Part shown: positions 15,025-23,940 of the stretch, one piece after another
Layout: each line of letters opens with the position of its first letter
Position numbering within the stretch: the first letter of the stretch is position 1
From: a virus
Strand: one strand, 5' to 3'
IMG/VR virus record: IMGVR_UViG_3300028394_000037
DNA: 64,000 nucleotides
Notes under the pieces: generated by a model
What the model saw: the letters and a program-made list of their open reading frames with translations, nothing else
Database searches by the model: none
Told to the model about the DNA's origin: nothing
Made by a program: the position numbers and the translations under genes

Positions 15025-17519
15025 TAAGAGAAAAATAATTCAAGGTTTACAGTTTTTTCCACGTTCCATCCAATGGCATCAAGAATTGATTTAAGAGGAT
15101 CTAGAAATGCTTTCTCAAATTGTAGGTCATAATCCACATATTTATCAAGTCTAATTTCTTTAGGAAATTCTGATATAAATGAAATTACATTCTCGTGAAT
15201 TGGATTTGGTTTCTTTAGATATACAAACTTAATCTTTTCACCACTTTGTATTAATGAATATTTATTTGTTAGTTTTGCCTCTTTAATATAATGATTAAAG
15301 AGGAGCGCCCCACGAACGTGAATGGGTGTCCCTTTTGTATAAATTGAAGATGATGATTTGTATTTGTTTGTATCAGACACAGAACGAGGAAATGAAATTT
15401 GCTCAGGAGGAAGTTTTTTAAAGTTATTACGACACTTATCAATATAATCAATAACTTCATCTTCAGTGCCACTCATCATTAGTTTAAGAGCATCCTTAAT
15501 CATCTGACGGCAAGGAGCAGGAGTTGAGGATTTAACAGCTTCAATTCCCATCATCTTGAGTTTGGGTTCAGTATATGCCACACCCTCACTATTCCATACA
15601 TTGAGAATATAACGCTTCTTGGCAGTCCAGATTCCACGATCAGCAATATTCTCACGCTTCATCTGCATCTTCTGATCATAAGCATTCACATAGGTTGCCA
15701 GTTCTTGGTAAGAACCCTCAATATATTTTTCAAGTTCCATCTCACAGATCTTATCAAGGAACGAGACAATGCTTTCAGTAGTTTTCTCTCTTCCCTTGAA
15801 TACAGTTTCAACCACAGGACCCATATTAAGATAAATGGAATCGGTATCAGAAGCAATGACATAATCTACATCCTCAGTCTTAAGAAGTTTATTGATATAA
15901 GAATTCATCTTGGATTCAATCCAACGAATAGAAACCTGACCAGAAAGAGTGATTGCCTCAGCATTTGCTAGTTTATAATACCGGAAATACTGGTTACCAA
16001 TAGCACCATAAGCAGAGTTAAGAGAAATTTTCTTTGCCATTTGAATATTATTACATCTGGCAATTTCTTTTTCCAACTCCTTAGACTTATTTTTTTCATA
16101 TGATTTTTTGGCATCAATCATCTTCTTTTTAAAGATAACTCGCTCATTGTACATTTTCTCCATAAGTTCAGGAAGAATTCCACGAACATCCTTACGGTAC
16201 ATTGCACCATTTGCACATACCGCATAATCATTATACCCATCAAAGTCAATCTCTTGATTAAGAATTTTATCAACAGTTGCAGTAGGATGACGTTCATCAA
16301 CCAAAGTTTCAGGAGAAATATTATACTGCATAATCAAGTGAGGATACAGTGAGTTAAGGTCAAAGTTCACCACCCAATCATACTTACCAGGAATTGGTTC
16401 CTTTACATAAGCACCAGCATATTTTTCATTCTTTTGAGATTTATTTTTTGGAGGAATTACAATATTACGTTTCTTGAGATAATTGTAGATAATATTATCC
16501 CACATACGAACCTGATAAAAAACATCATTAAAATTTACTTTGGCATCAAATGCCATTGTAATTGCAAGTTCAATGAGTTTCATTTTATCTTCTAGACGAT
16601 CAACAAGTTCCACATCAATGATGTTATACTCAATAAACTTTTGCCAGTTATTTGTATAAAATTCTTTAAATGTATCAAACTCAGAGTGATCTAGTTTCTT
16701 TTGCCCAAGTTCTACCTCAGCAATATAATCCAAACGATAGGATTCTTGTGCTTTATAAGTAAACTTCTTATAAAGATCCAGATAATCTAAAACAGTTACA
16801 CCACCAATATCAAATACTGTATGTTTACGTCCATTAATATAAATTTCATCCTCAGTTACAAGTCCCCAAGGAGAAAGTCTCTTCATTGTTTTTTCATTGA
16901 GAATTCTATTGAGACGCTTGGCAATATATGGAATATCATATAATTGAACATTCCATCCAGTAATAACTTCTGGAGTTTGTTGTGACCAATAATGAATAAA
17001 AGAATTTAGAAGATCATATTCAGAGTTACATTGAACATATTTTACATTTTCTTGCTTATTTTCAAAAGGTTTAATTCCCCAAGTTATAATCCTTTTGGTA
17101 TTATAATTTTGAATAGAGATTGCAAGAATTTCCTCAGAACAAGATTCAACATCGGGGAATCCTTCTTCTGATGCAACTTCAATATCAAGAGTTATAAGTT
17201 TGATTTTACTAATATCAAACTTAATTTCATCTTCTGGATATTTTTCTGAAATATATTGATAAACATATCTATCTTGCCCATATACATCAAATCCTTCAAC
17301 ATCTTCATACCTTTTAAAAAATTCCCTACAATCTTTAACTGTTCCCGGTTGAATAACCTCAACCGGTTCTCCGCTTAATGTTTTATACTTAGTTTCTTTT
17401 TTAGTTTTTACAAAAAGAGTTGGAGTAAATTCTTCTCTTGTTTCAAAATTTTCTCCATTTTCATATCCACGAATCAAAACTTTATTTCCAATTAACTGGA
17501 CATTAGTATAAAATTTCAT
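15024..17519 (-). CDS. gp43: Family B DNA polymerase
   Basis: Exonuclease motif LDIEV, FDLNSLYPH, KISLNSAYG, ASDTDS, KKRY. Uninterrupted. Confidence 0.98.
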   Translation of the reverse strand: MKFYTNVQLIGNKVLIRGYENGENFETREEFTPTLFVKTKKETKYKTLSGEPVEVIQPGTVKDCREFFKRYEDVEGFDVYGQDRYVYQYISEKYPEDEIKFDISKIKLITLDIEVASEEGFPDVESCSEEILAISIQNYNTKRIITWGIKPFENKQENVKYVQCNSEYDLLNSFIHYWSQQTPEVITGWNVQLYDIPYIAKRLNRILNEKTMKRLSPWGLVTEDEIYINGRKHTVFDIGGVTVLDYLDLYKKFTYKAQESYRLDYIAEVELGQKKLDHSEFDTFKEFYTNNWQKFIEYNIIDVELVDRLEDKMKLIELAITMAFDAKVNFNDVFYQVRMWDNIIYNYLKKRNIVIPPKNKSQKNEKYAGAYVKEPIPGKYDWVVNFDLNSLYPHLIMQYNISPETLVDERHPTATVDKILNQEIDFDGYNDYAVCANGAMYRKDVRGILPELMEKMYNERVIFKKKMIDAKKSYEKNKSKELEKEIARCNNIQMAKKISLNSAYGAIGNQYFRYYKLANAEAITLSGQVSIRWIESKMNSYINKLLKTEDVDYVIASDTDSIYLNMGPVVETVFKGREKTTESIVSFLDKICEMELEKYIEGSYQELATYVNAYDQKMQMKRENIADRGIWTAKKRYILNVWNSEGVAYTEPKLKMMGIEAVKSSTPAPCRQMIKDALKLMMSGTEDEVIDYIDKCRNNFKKLPPEQISFPRSVSDTNKYKSSSSIYTKGTPIHVRGALLFNHYIKEAKLTNKYSLIQSGEKIKFVYLKKPNPIHENVISFISEFPKEIRLDKYVDYDLQFEKAFLDPLKSILDAIGWNVEKTVNLELFFS

Positions 17520-17770
17520 TTAATAAGATCCTCATATTTTTTCAATAATAAATTATTTGGATCAACAATTGTTAGGATTTTGTCAGAATGTATCATAAAA
17601 GTATTCTGTGACGAATATTCCATCATCCAAGGAACTAATATTTTATCATCAGTAATTAAAAAAGGCTCAATCAATTTACAATCAGGTTCACCTAACTCAG
17701 ATCCAACTTCTTCAATCTGAGTTATCAGAATTTCCTTGTTCAGAAGAACTAAAATTTTTATCATTTTCAT
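17516..17770 (-). CDS. Small conserved hypothetical protein (Sm-like fold suspected)
   Basis: GEPDCKLIEPF...PWM...IHSDKILTI; syntenic upstream of g43. Start 17770 or 17776. Confidence 0.7.
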   Translation of the reverse strand: MKMIKILVLLNKEILITQIEEVGSELGEPDCKLIEPFLITDDKILVPWMMEYSSQNTFMIHSDKILTIVDPNNLLLKKYEDLIK

Positions 17771-18080
17771 TTCCATAATTCAATACATCCTCTAAATACA
17801 TTTCTTTAAGTTTTTCTACAGGTTCAACCATTGTAACAACCCACTCAGTAGTTAATGGAATTGTTTTATCTTTGCTTAGTGGCATCCAAGGATACAAAGA
17901 AACTTGAAATGCTGCTTTTTGATTTTGATCAACTTCTTCAGTCAATACATTTGGATTTCGCATTTTAACAATGCAAGGTTTAGTTAAAAAATATCCAATA
18001 ACTAAATCATCTTTAACCATCTCTTGAATATCTGCGATTAGATCTTCTCCAGATTTCAATAAAACAAGTTTTACAGTCAT
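17712..18080 (-). CDS. Conserved hypothetical protein (Sm-like fold suspected)
   Basis: MTVKLVLLKSGEDLIADI...PWMPLSKD...WVVTMVEP. Start moved to 18080 because the longer ORF crosses a terminator. AGAGG and an extended -10 TGcTACAAT (18102-18110) lie upstream. Confidence 0.75.
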   Translation of the reverse strand: MTVKLVLLKSGEDLIADIQEMVKDDLVIGYFLTKPCIVKMRNPNVLTEEVDQNQKAAFQVSLYPWMPLSKDKTIPLTTEWVVTMVEPVEKLKEMYLEDVLNYGNENDKNFSSSEQGNSDNSD

Positions 18081-18111
18081 AGTTTTCCCATACCTCTTAG
18101 TATTGTAGCAC

Positions 18112-18153
18112 AAAAAAAGGGGAGGCACAACTGGTTTTTGCCAGTTACCTCCC
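18112..18153 (-). terminator. Long hairpin terminator after hsp20
   Basis: GGGAGG/CCTCCC outer stem, AACTGG/CCAGTT inner stem, U7 tail on minus. Confidence 0.75.
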
Positions 18154-18182
18154 TGCGACAACGATAGTTAGCTCAATATTAT

Positions 18183-18626
18183 TTATTTAAGTTCATATAC
18201 CTTTCTCTTTTGGTGTTCTGGAATAACTCTATTTAATTTGACAGTCAGTAGTCCATCTTCAAAAGAAACATCACCAACGACCACATCATCAGAAAGAGTC
18301 CAGGTGCGTGTGAATGCTCTCTTTGCCAATCCCTGATGTAGATATTCATCCTCAGATTTACGAACTTTTCCCGATTCCACAAAGAGTTTATTCCATTCTG
18401 TAGATACTCTAATATCATCTCTTTTGTATCCGGCAAGTGCAATTTCTAATCTAAAATCAACATTACTTTCTTTAACTAGATTATATGGTGGATAGTTGGT
18501 ATGCGATTCATACACAGTATCAAACCTTTTGAACCACTCATCTAATCCAATACTATTTCTCTGAACTTCCATCAGATACTTTGCAGTTTCTGGTACTGAG
18601 AGTGTAAGCGAACTTGTTCCAAACAT
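18183..18626 (-). CDS. hsp20: Small heat shock protein (Hsp20)
   Basis: NYPPYNL, EIALAGY, YLHQGLAKRAFTRTW, FEDGLLTV; strong SD AAGGAGG. Confidence 0.96.
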   Translation of the reverse strand: MFGTSSLTLSVPETAKYLMEVQRNSIGLDEWFKRFDTVYESHTNYPPYNLVKESNVDFRLEIALAGYKRDDIRVSTEWNKLFVESGKVRKSEDEYLHQGLAKRAFTRTWTLSDDVVVGDVSFEDGLLTVKLNRVIPEHQKRKVYELK

Positions 18627-18690
18627 GATAGACCTCCTTAAAGCGTCTGTAAATTAATAATGTCCCCGAAGGCAACATCATTAGTATATA
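18627..18690 (-). promoter_or_regulatory. Structured 5' leader of hsp20, candidate RNA thermometer
   Basis: C(UUCG)G hairpin at 18656-18682 plus an SD-sequestering hairpin at 18630-18648. Confidence 0.55.
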
Positions 18691-18700
18691 TTCCGAACAT

Positions 18701-18726
18701 AAAAAAAGCGGGATGTTGTTTCCCGC
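18701..18726 (-). terminator. Intrinsic terminator after regA
   Basis: GCGGGA/TCCCGC stem and U7. Confidence 0.85.
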
Positions 18727-18732
18727 CCATTT

Positions 18733-19179
18733 TTATTCGGTTTCCTGTTCCTTACTACGTTTACCAATATTATATTTTTGTTCCAAAATCCAATCTCCCT
18801 TATCCTTATAAGCAAGAACTTTGATTTGATTTAGAGGAGCAATATCTGTCACAGAATCTGGATTTACGATAGTTATAAGTCCCCAATCAGCAAGTAGACG
18901 AACGATACGATTACGTCTTTGAACATCATTCACAGTCAGATTAGCATATTTACCATCCAAAGCAAATAATTCTTTGAAATGTACAATATAATATCTACCT
19001 TGCTTGTGAAGAATATGGCAAGATTGGTATATTTTTTTCTCTTTACGAGATGCAACTCCGATTCGTGTTAAAGTCTCACGAACTTTTAAAAAGTCATCAG
19101 GTTCATTTAAAATCACCTCAACCATCTGGTCTTGTGACCAATGAACTTCAGGTTCTACTGTTGTGTGTGCAGTAGTCAT
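18733..19179 (-). CDS. regA: Translational repressor RegA
   Basis: DDFLKVRETLTRIGVAS, QSCHILHKQGRYYIVHFKELFALDG. Confidence 0.97.
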   Translation of the reverse strand: MTTAHTTVEPEVHWSQDQMVEVILNEPDDFLKVRETLTRIGVASRKEKKIYQSCHILHKQGRYYIVHFKELFALDGKYANLTVNDVQRRNRIVRLLADWGLITIVNPDSVTDIAPLNQIKVLAYKDKGDWILEQKYNIGKRSKEQETE

Positions 19180-19562
19180 TTTGTTCCTCCAGTATCAAGT
19201 CGTTGTTTAATAAAGTTAATTTGGTCTTTTGATAAAATTTTTAGAGATTGGGATGCCTTTTCATTACTATAATTATAGTATTTTTTTACGCATTCTAAGT
19301 CTGTGACTTTATCCTTTCGGAGCCAAGGAGAATATCTTTTCCTTTTCCTTAGACTATTTAGATAAAATGAATATTGCATATCTTTATCTAAAGAATGATG
19401 AAGATTCATTTCATTAGCAAATAATATGCAATCAATATGACCAGATAAACAACGATTAATTATATAAGGTGCATAATCTTTTTTTGCATTGGGGTCTTCA
19501 TTCATCAGATTCTGCTTTGACTGATTGATTGAATTCAACCAGTCCTTCAGTTCGTAAGTCAT
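19176..19562 (-). CDS. gp62: Clamp loader small subunit
   Basis: LNSINQSK...YIINRCLS...RKRKRYSPW...YYNYSNEKA; directly upstream of regA. Confidence 0.92.
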   Translation of the reverse strand: MTYELKDWLNSINQSKQNLMNEDPNAKKDYAPYIINRCLSGHIDCILFANEMNLHHSLDKDMQYSFYLNSLRKRKRYSPWLRKDKVTDLECVKKYYNYSNEKASQSLKILSKDQINFIKQRLDTGGTK

Positions 19563-20472
19563 AATTTAATAGCAAAAGTTCTTTTCTTTGTTTTTGATCG
19601 CGCATATATTCACCAACAGAACGCATTGTATAAGTTAAGTCAAACTCATATGCTTTCCAGTCTTTTCCAGAAAAACGATCCTTTACAAGTTGGTCTGAAT
19701 TATAACTCACCATCATATTCATATTTGTGTTATTACAAACTTCGGCAAACTTATCGTGATCAAATCCCTTATGAATTTCTCCATTCTTTCCATAAAGATT
19801 ATCTTTAATATCATAAGGAGGATCTAGATAGATAAAAGTATTTTTATCATCAGTCAACATTTGCTCATAAGATTTATTGGTAATCTTCCAATTTCCAATA
19901 AGTTCTCCATATTCAGGAAGTTTCCCAATTCCCCTAGTAGAAAAATTACTAATAGATGCCTGTTGAGAAAAAGATGAAGATGATGTCAACCCAGAAAAAG
20001 AACATTTATTGGCAACATAAAAAGCAGCAGCTCTTTCCAGAGCACTAGATTCTGTTCCGTTTGCAATCTCTACTGACTTGTGAAACAAGTCTTTTGCAGG
20101 ATAAAAAAGAGTTCCTTTATAATCTTTATCATCTGCTTTTTTTACTTTCTCCTTCTCAACTTCTTCAGGATCTGGATTGGGATGCTTATCCTTAATATCC
20201 ATTAGTAGATCATGAAGTTCATTAGGTTGATATCTTAACTGGCACCAAAAATTATATAAAGGTTCGTAAAGATCATTCACCCAAATATTCAAGTTTGGAT
20301 ACTTCTTTGTAATGTGAATTGCAACACTTCCACCACCAAGGAATGGTTCACGAAACTCATCATAGTCTCGTAGATCTGGAAAGTATTGGTCCATCTTGGC
20401 GCAGGCACGGGACTTGCCGCCAGGATACCTTAAACAGGTTTTTAGTTGTTTTTGACTAAATGGAGTTTTCAT
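19498..20472 (-). CDS. dam: Dam-family DNA adenine methyltransferase
   Basis: LRYPGGKS, EPFLGGGSV, YLDPPY, ELLLLNY. Confidence 0.92.
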   Translation of the reverse strand: MKTPFSQKQLKTCLRYPGGKSRACAKMDQYFPDLRDYDEFREPFLGGGSVAIHITKKYPNLNIWVNDLYEPLYNFWCQLRYQPNELHDLLMDIKDKHPNPDPEEVEKEKVKKADDKDYKGTLFYPAKDLFHKSVEIANGTESSALERAAAFYVANKCSFSGLTSSSSFSQQASISNFSTRGIGKLPEYGELIGNWKITNKSYEQMLTDDKNTFIYLDPPYDIKDNLYGKNGEIHKGFDHDKFAEVCNNTNMNMMVSYNSDQLVKDRFSGKDWKAYEFDLTYTMRSVGEYMRDQKQRKELLLLNYDLRTEGLVEFNQSVKAESDE

Positions 20473-20987
20473 ACCAATTGCTCAATTAATTCATAAAGTT
20501 TAATAGAAAAATCTTGCTTTTCTGCCGGAATAACATTTTTTGCCAGAAAAGTAATATCATCACAATCAACTCTAAACCCAACATTTGCATCCTTAAGAAT
20601 TGCATTTTTTATACAAGCATCCCAAGAACAAATTCCAACACTATAATTTTTAGTATCCCATAGAAGCATATAATCAAAGGTTTTTTCTGGAAGACCCAAA
20701 TTTTTGCCCTGAAAATTCTTTAAGGTAATTTCTTTAGTGTAAGGTACGGTTTTTTGAAATAACCCATCCATCCCTTTAGATTCATAATTTAGTTTATCCA
20801 AAATACCAATAAAATCTTTTCCATTTTCAGTATCTCCAACATATTTCAATTGTCCTCCACTATACTTAGCAATAGCAATTTCTTGAACTTCTGCTCGTAA
20901 TGGTCTTGTTTGATTTCGTTTAAGTCCTTCAGTAGATTTAATTACACCAAAAATAGAAGAAAAATCAAATAATTCAAAGTTGATCAT
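20469..20987 (-). CDS. Hypothetical protein, possible PD-(D/E)XK endonuclease
   Basis: Pattern AEVQE...GKDF-x7-YESK; ATGA overlap with dam. Confidence 0.5.
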   Translation of the reverse strand: MINFELFDFSSIFGVIKSTEGLKRNQTRPLRAEVQEIAIAKYSGGQLKYVGDTENGKDFIGILDKLNYESKGMDGLFQKTVPYTKEITLKNFQGKNLGLPEKTFDYMLLWDTKNYSVGICSWDACIKNAILKDANVGFRVDCDDITFLAKNVIPAEKQDFSIKLYELIEQLV

Positions 20988-21174
20988 AATTGGGTTGGTT
21001 ATATTTCAAGTATTCAAAAAAAGTTAATTTCATTTCTTTATTAGTCATTCCACAATGTCTTGCTGCTTCTGGAAGATTCCACTTAGCACGAAAAAGATTT
21101 TCATTTGATTCCTGAACATTTTGTGGAGTAGTTTTAACTTTACCCTCTTTAAGGTCTTGATAATTAAATTTCAT
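20974..21174 (-). CDS. Small hypothetical protein with HTH-like segment
   Basis: WNLPEAARHCGMTNKEMK; coupled to the g44 stop. Confidence 0.65.
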   Translation of the reverse strand: MKFNYQDLKEGKVKTTPQNVQESNENLFRAKWNLPEAARHCGMTNKEMKLTFFEYLKYNQPNYDQL

Positions 21175-22115
21175 TTAAACTCACATTCACACATAATTTC
21201 AGTTAGTGCTGCAAGAAGATTAATTTCCTGATCTGCTACAAATGCAATTTGATACTGATACTTAGCAATAATAAGTACAGCAGCAGGAATAGTGGTGGGC
21301 ACCAAAGAGTCGTAAAGTGAATCATAGACTCTACGAAGAATAACACTAGAATCGTTATCCAAATTGGAAACAACCCATTTACGAACTTCTGCAAAGTTTT
21401 TCTCCTTAAGATATTTAATCAGATCATTTACTGAAACGTCTGAAAAAGATGCAAGAATTGCTGCGTCAATTTTACCCCCCACCGAATACCTTTGACATTC
21501 GTTAAGAATTCTTCTCCAGTCGGGAAAGTGCTTATTGATGAGTTCTGCAAGGACTTTTGCATCAAATTCTACTTGCTCGTGAACGAGAATTGTTTGAAGT
21601 CGCTTGAAGAATTCTCCTGCAAGTTGAGGCTTTTCTTTTCCTTTGATTCCAAACTCCACAACGGCACAACGGGAATGAAGGGGTTCAATGATTTTGTTTT
21701 TGTAGTTACAGGTGAAGATGAATCTACAGTTGCTACTAAATTCCTCAATAGACGCCCGTAAGAGGAGTTGAACATCGCTGGTTGTGTTATCTGCCTCATC
21801 AATGATGATGACTTTGTGTTTAGCAGTTGAAGAAAGTGAGACGGTAGAAGCGAAGTTCTTCGCATTGTTTCTGACAGTATCAAGGAATCTACCTTCGTCG
21901 GATCCATTAATGACATAAAAATCTACTCCCAATTCATTACATAATGCCTTTGCTACCGTAGTCTTTCCACAACCGGCAGGACCAGCAAGAAGAAGATTTG
22001 GCATCTCTCCGTTATTTACAAAGTTCTGAAATGTCTTCTTGGTTGTGGCAGGTAAAATACAATCTTCAATAATCTTCGGGCGATACTTTTCAACCCATAG
22101 AAATTCATCACGCAT
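21171..22115 (-). CDS. gp44: Clamp loader large subunit
   Basis: LWVEKYRP, GPAGCGKTT, IIDEAD, HSRC, FPDWRR. Confidence 0.97.
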   Translation of the reverse strand: MRDEFLWVEKYRPKIIEDCILPATTKKTFQNFVNNGEMPNLLLAGPAGCGKTTVAKALCNELGVDFYVINGSDEGRFLDTVRNNAKNFASTVSLSSTAKHKVIIIDEADNTTSDVQLLLRASIEEFSSNCRFIFTCNYKNKIIEPLHSRCAVVEFGIKGKEKPQLAGEFFKRLQTILVHEQVEFDAKVLAELINKHFPDWRRILNECQRYSVGGKIDAAILASFSDVSVNDLIKYLKEKNFAEVRKWVVSNLDNDSSVILRRVYDSLYDSLVPTTIPAAVLIIAKYQYQIAFVADQEINLLAALTEIMCECEFK

Positions 22116-22117
22116 AA

Positions 22118-22645
22118 TCAAATCCAATCAGGTTTCCGTTCTGGACGGCGAAGATAATTATCGCACACCCAGGGTTTAGATGCAATATACATCTTATAAG
22201 CAGTGAAGGTATCAATACTATCATCAAGTTTATATTCATCAGGCATTGCCCGAGTGAATTCTTTTACATTAGTATGCTCGGAAATAGAAATCTTAGCATT
22301 GTTATGAAAGATTACCATTGCTTCTTCTAGTGTACTCAAACAAGAGTGTCGTTTTTGATACCGATGTTCGTACTCAAAGCATAAATGTATTCCGTGTGTA
22401 ATCAACCAGGCAAGATTGTAGTGATTATCTGCAGCCCATTTAGTGCAGGGATGATTACGAAAGGCACCCTTTACTGTACTATAAGGAGTGCCGTCTGTTT
22501 TATTAATTGTACCCCAATCATAGTACCACTTAGAGTATATGATGGAGACCATCTGACAGGTCTCCAGGGGCATTTTCACGACGTGTTTATCAGGAAGTAC
22601 TTGAGCAGACTTACTGGGGGACACGTCAGTTACAAAGATATTCAT
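22118..22645 (-). CDS. Pyrimidine-dimer DNA glycosylase / endonuclease V-like protein
   Basis: MNIF...DKHVVKMPLETCQM...NHPCTKW...EYEHRY...AMPDEYK family signature. Confidence 0.8.
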   Translation of the reverse strand: MNIFVTDVSPSKSAQVLPDKHVVKMPLETCQMVSIIYSKWYYDWGTINKTDGTPYSTVKGAFRNHPCTKWAADNHYNLAWLITHGIHLCFEYEHRYQKRHSCLSTLEEAMVIFHNNAKISISEHTNVKEFTRAMPDEYKLDDSIDTFTAYKMYIASKPWVCDNYLRRPERKPDWI

Positions 22646-23310
22646 CAGTTAAAGGTGGAATCAGGCTCTAGAGCAATATAATACTTCAAATCTCGGTCAG
22701 TGCTCGTAAATCGTGACAAAAGTTTTTGTGACACAACCACCTCGTAACTGCCAGGAAGAATCTTGATATTCTCTACCTTAAAGTTAAAGGTAAACGTGTC
22801 ATCAGTCTCACCAACCACAATAGAAAAATCATTTGACGTATCATTCTTCTTGTCACGAACCAGTAGTTTTACCACACCTGCCTCACCAACGGCAGAAAGA
22901 TCTGGAAGTTGATAAATTGCTGCTGCCTTAAGTAACTTATCCATTTGCTGAGTACTCAACTCAAAACAAACATCTTCACTGGGAAGAGAGATTTCTTTAT
23001 CAGGAGGAGTTACAATTACACTGGGATCCGCAAAGAAATACTTAGACCGCATCTTACCTTCACGAATCATCACATAACCATTATTCTCAAAATCCAATTC
23101 AGCTTGCTGATGTAGATTAAGTCCGTTTAGAAATTGATTCAAATCATAAATGCCAAAATCTTTAGGAAACTCTTCTGTAATAGTTGCCTCGGCAAGAATA
23201 TTCTTCATCACAGAAATTGTGCGAAGAGAACTACCTTCTTTGAATAAAATTGATTGATTGATTCCAGAGAAGTTCTTTAATAATGCCAGAGTTTTATCAG
23301 AAAGTTTCAT
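22645..23310 (-). CDS. gp45: Sliding clamp
   Basis: MKLSDKTLALLKNFSGINQSI...FGIYDLNQFL...YYIALE. Alternative start 23331. Confidence 0.96.
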   Translation of the reverse strand: MKLSDKTLALLKNFSGINQSILFKEGSSLRTISVMKNILAEATITEEFPKDFGIYDLNQFLNGLNLHQQAELDFENNGYVMIREGKMRSKYFFADPSVIVTPPDKEISLPSEDVCFELSTQQMDKLLKAAAIYQLPDLSAVGEAGVVKLLVRDKKNDTSNDFSIVVGETDDTFTFNFKVENIKILPGSYEVVVSQKLLSRFTSTDRDLKYYIALEPDSTFN

Positions 23311-23887
23311 AGTTTGATTTCGCAGTTTCATTATTAAATCCGGCAAAGTGATACAGAAGAACACCGTAATGGATAATCTTCAGTGCGTCAAGACGGGACA
23401 TTCCATCTTTCTTACCGAAACGAGATGAATACTTGATGAGATTATCACGACAGAAAGGAACACCATCACCAATTGCATCAATCATATCCAGAACCTGAAC
23501 CTTAGACTTTTCAGATGCATAATGTGAATGATATGTACTGACAATATAATCATTCACTGCCTTTAAAGTTTCACCTTCACCAAACTTCCAAAATTGCTCT
23601 TGACTTGATTTTTGTGAAGTAGTCAGATTAATATTCTGTGGAGTTTTATTTAAATTAAATGACTGAGAACTAAAAGTTGTACTATGATTATTTCCAAATG
23701 TTACTGCGGCAGCAGGTCCTCCCAGATTGAAAACATCTGGAGAAGCATATGGATTTCCAGTCAAACTGAATCCATCATCCTCCCAATAGTTATTCGTATT
23801 AAACGAAATATGGTCATCACCCATTCCACCAGGTAAATTAGATCCAATGTAAGTGACATTATTTTTCTTTTCAGGAATTTTAGACAT
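23297..23887 (-). CDS. DUF3310-like (T7 gp1.7-related putative nucleotide kinase) domain with a low-complexity N-terminal extension
   Basis: SHY...DMIDA...FCRDNLIKYSSRFGKK...DALKIIHY. Confidence 0.65.
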   Translation of the reverse strand: MSKIPEKKNNVTYIGSNLPGGMGDDHISFNTNNYWEDDGFSLTGNPYASPDVFNLGGPAAAVTFGNNHSTTFSSQSFNLNKTPQNINLTTSQKSSQEQFWKFGEGETLKAVNDYIVSTYHSHYASEKSKVQVLDMIDAIGDGVPFCRDNLIKYSSRFGKKDGMSRLDALKIIHYGVLLYHFAGFNNETAKSNYETF

Positions 23888-23911
23888 AACTTTTTATATA
23901 CAACACCTTAG

Positions 23912-23940
23912 ATAATAGCATCTGAGAATTTCAAAGTCAA
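23912..23940 (-). promoter_or_regulatory. Sigma70-type promoter
   Basis: TTGACT-17 nt-TATTAT with extended TGn, overlapping the g46 stop. Confidence 0.65.

Noticed and set aside
18160-18182. GTTAGCTCAAT resembling a tRNA D-arm start
   Set aside because: No anticodon arm, T-arm or acceptor stem follows.
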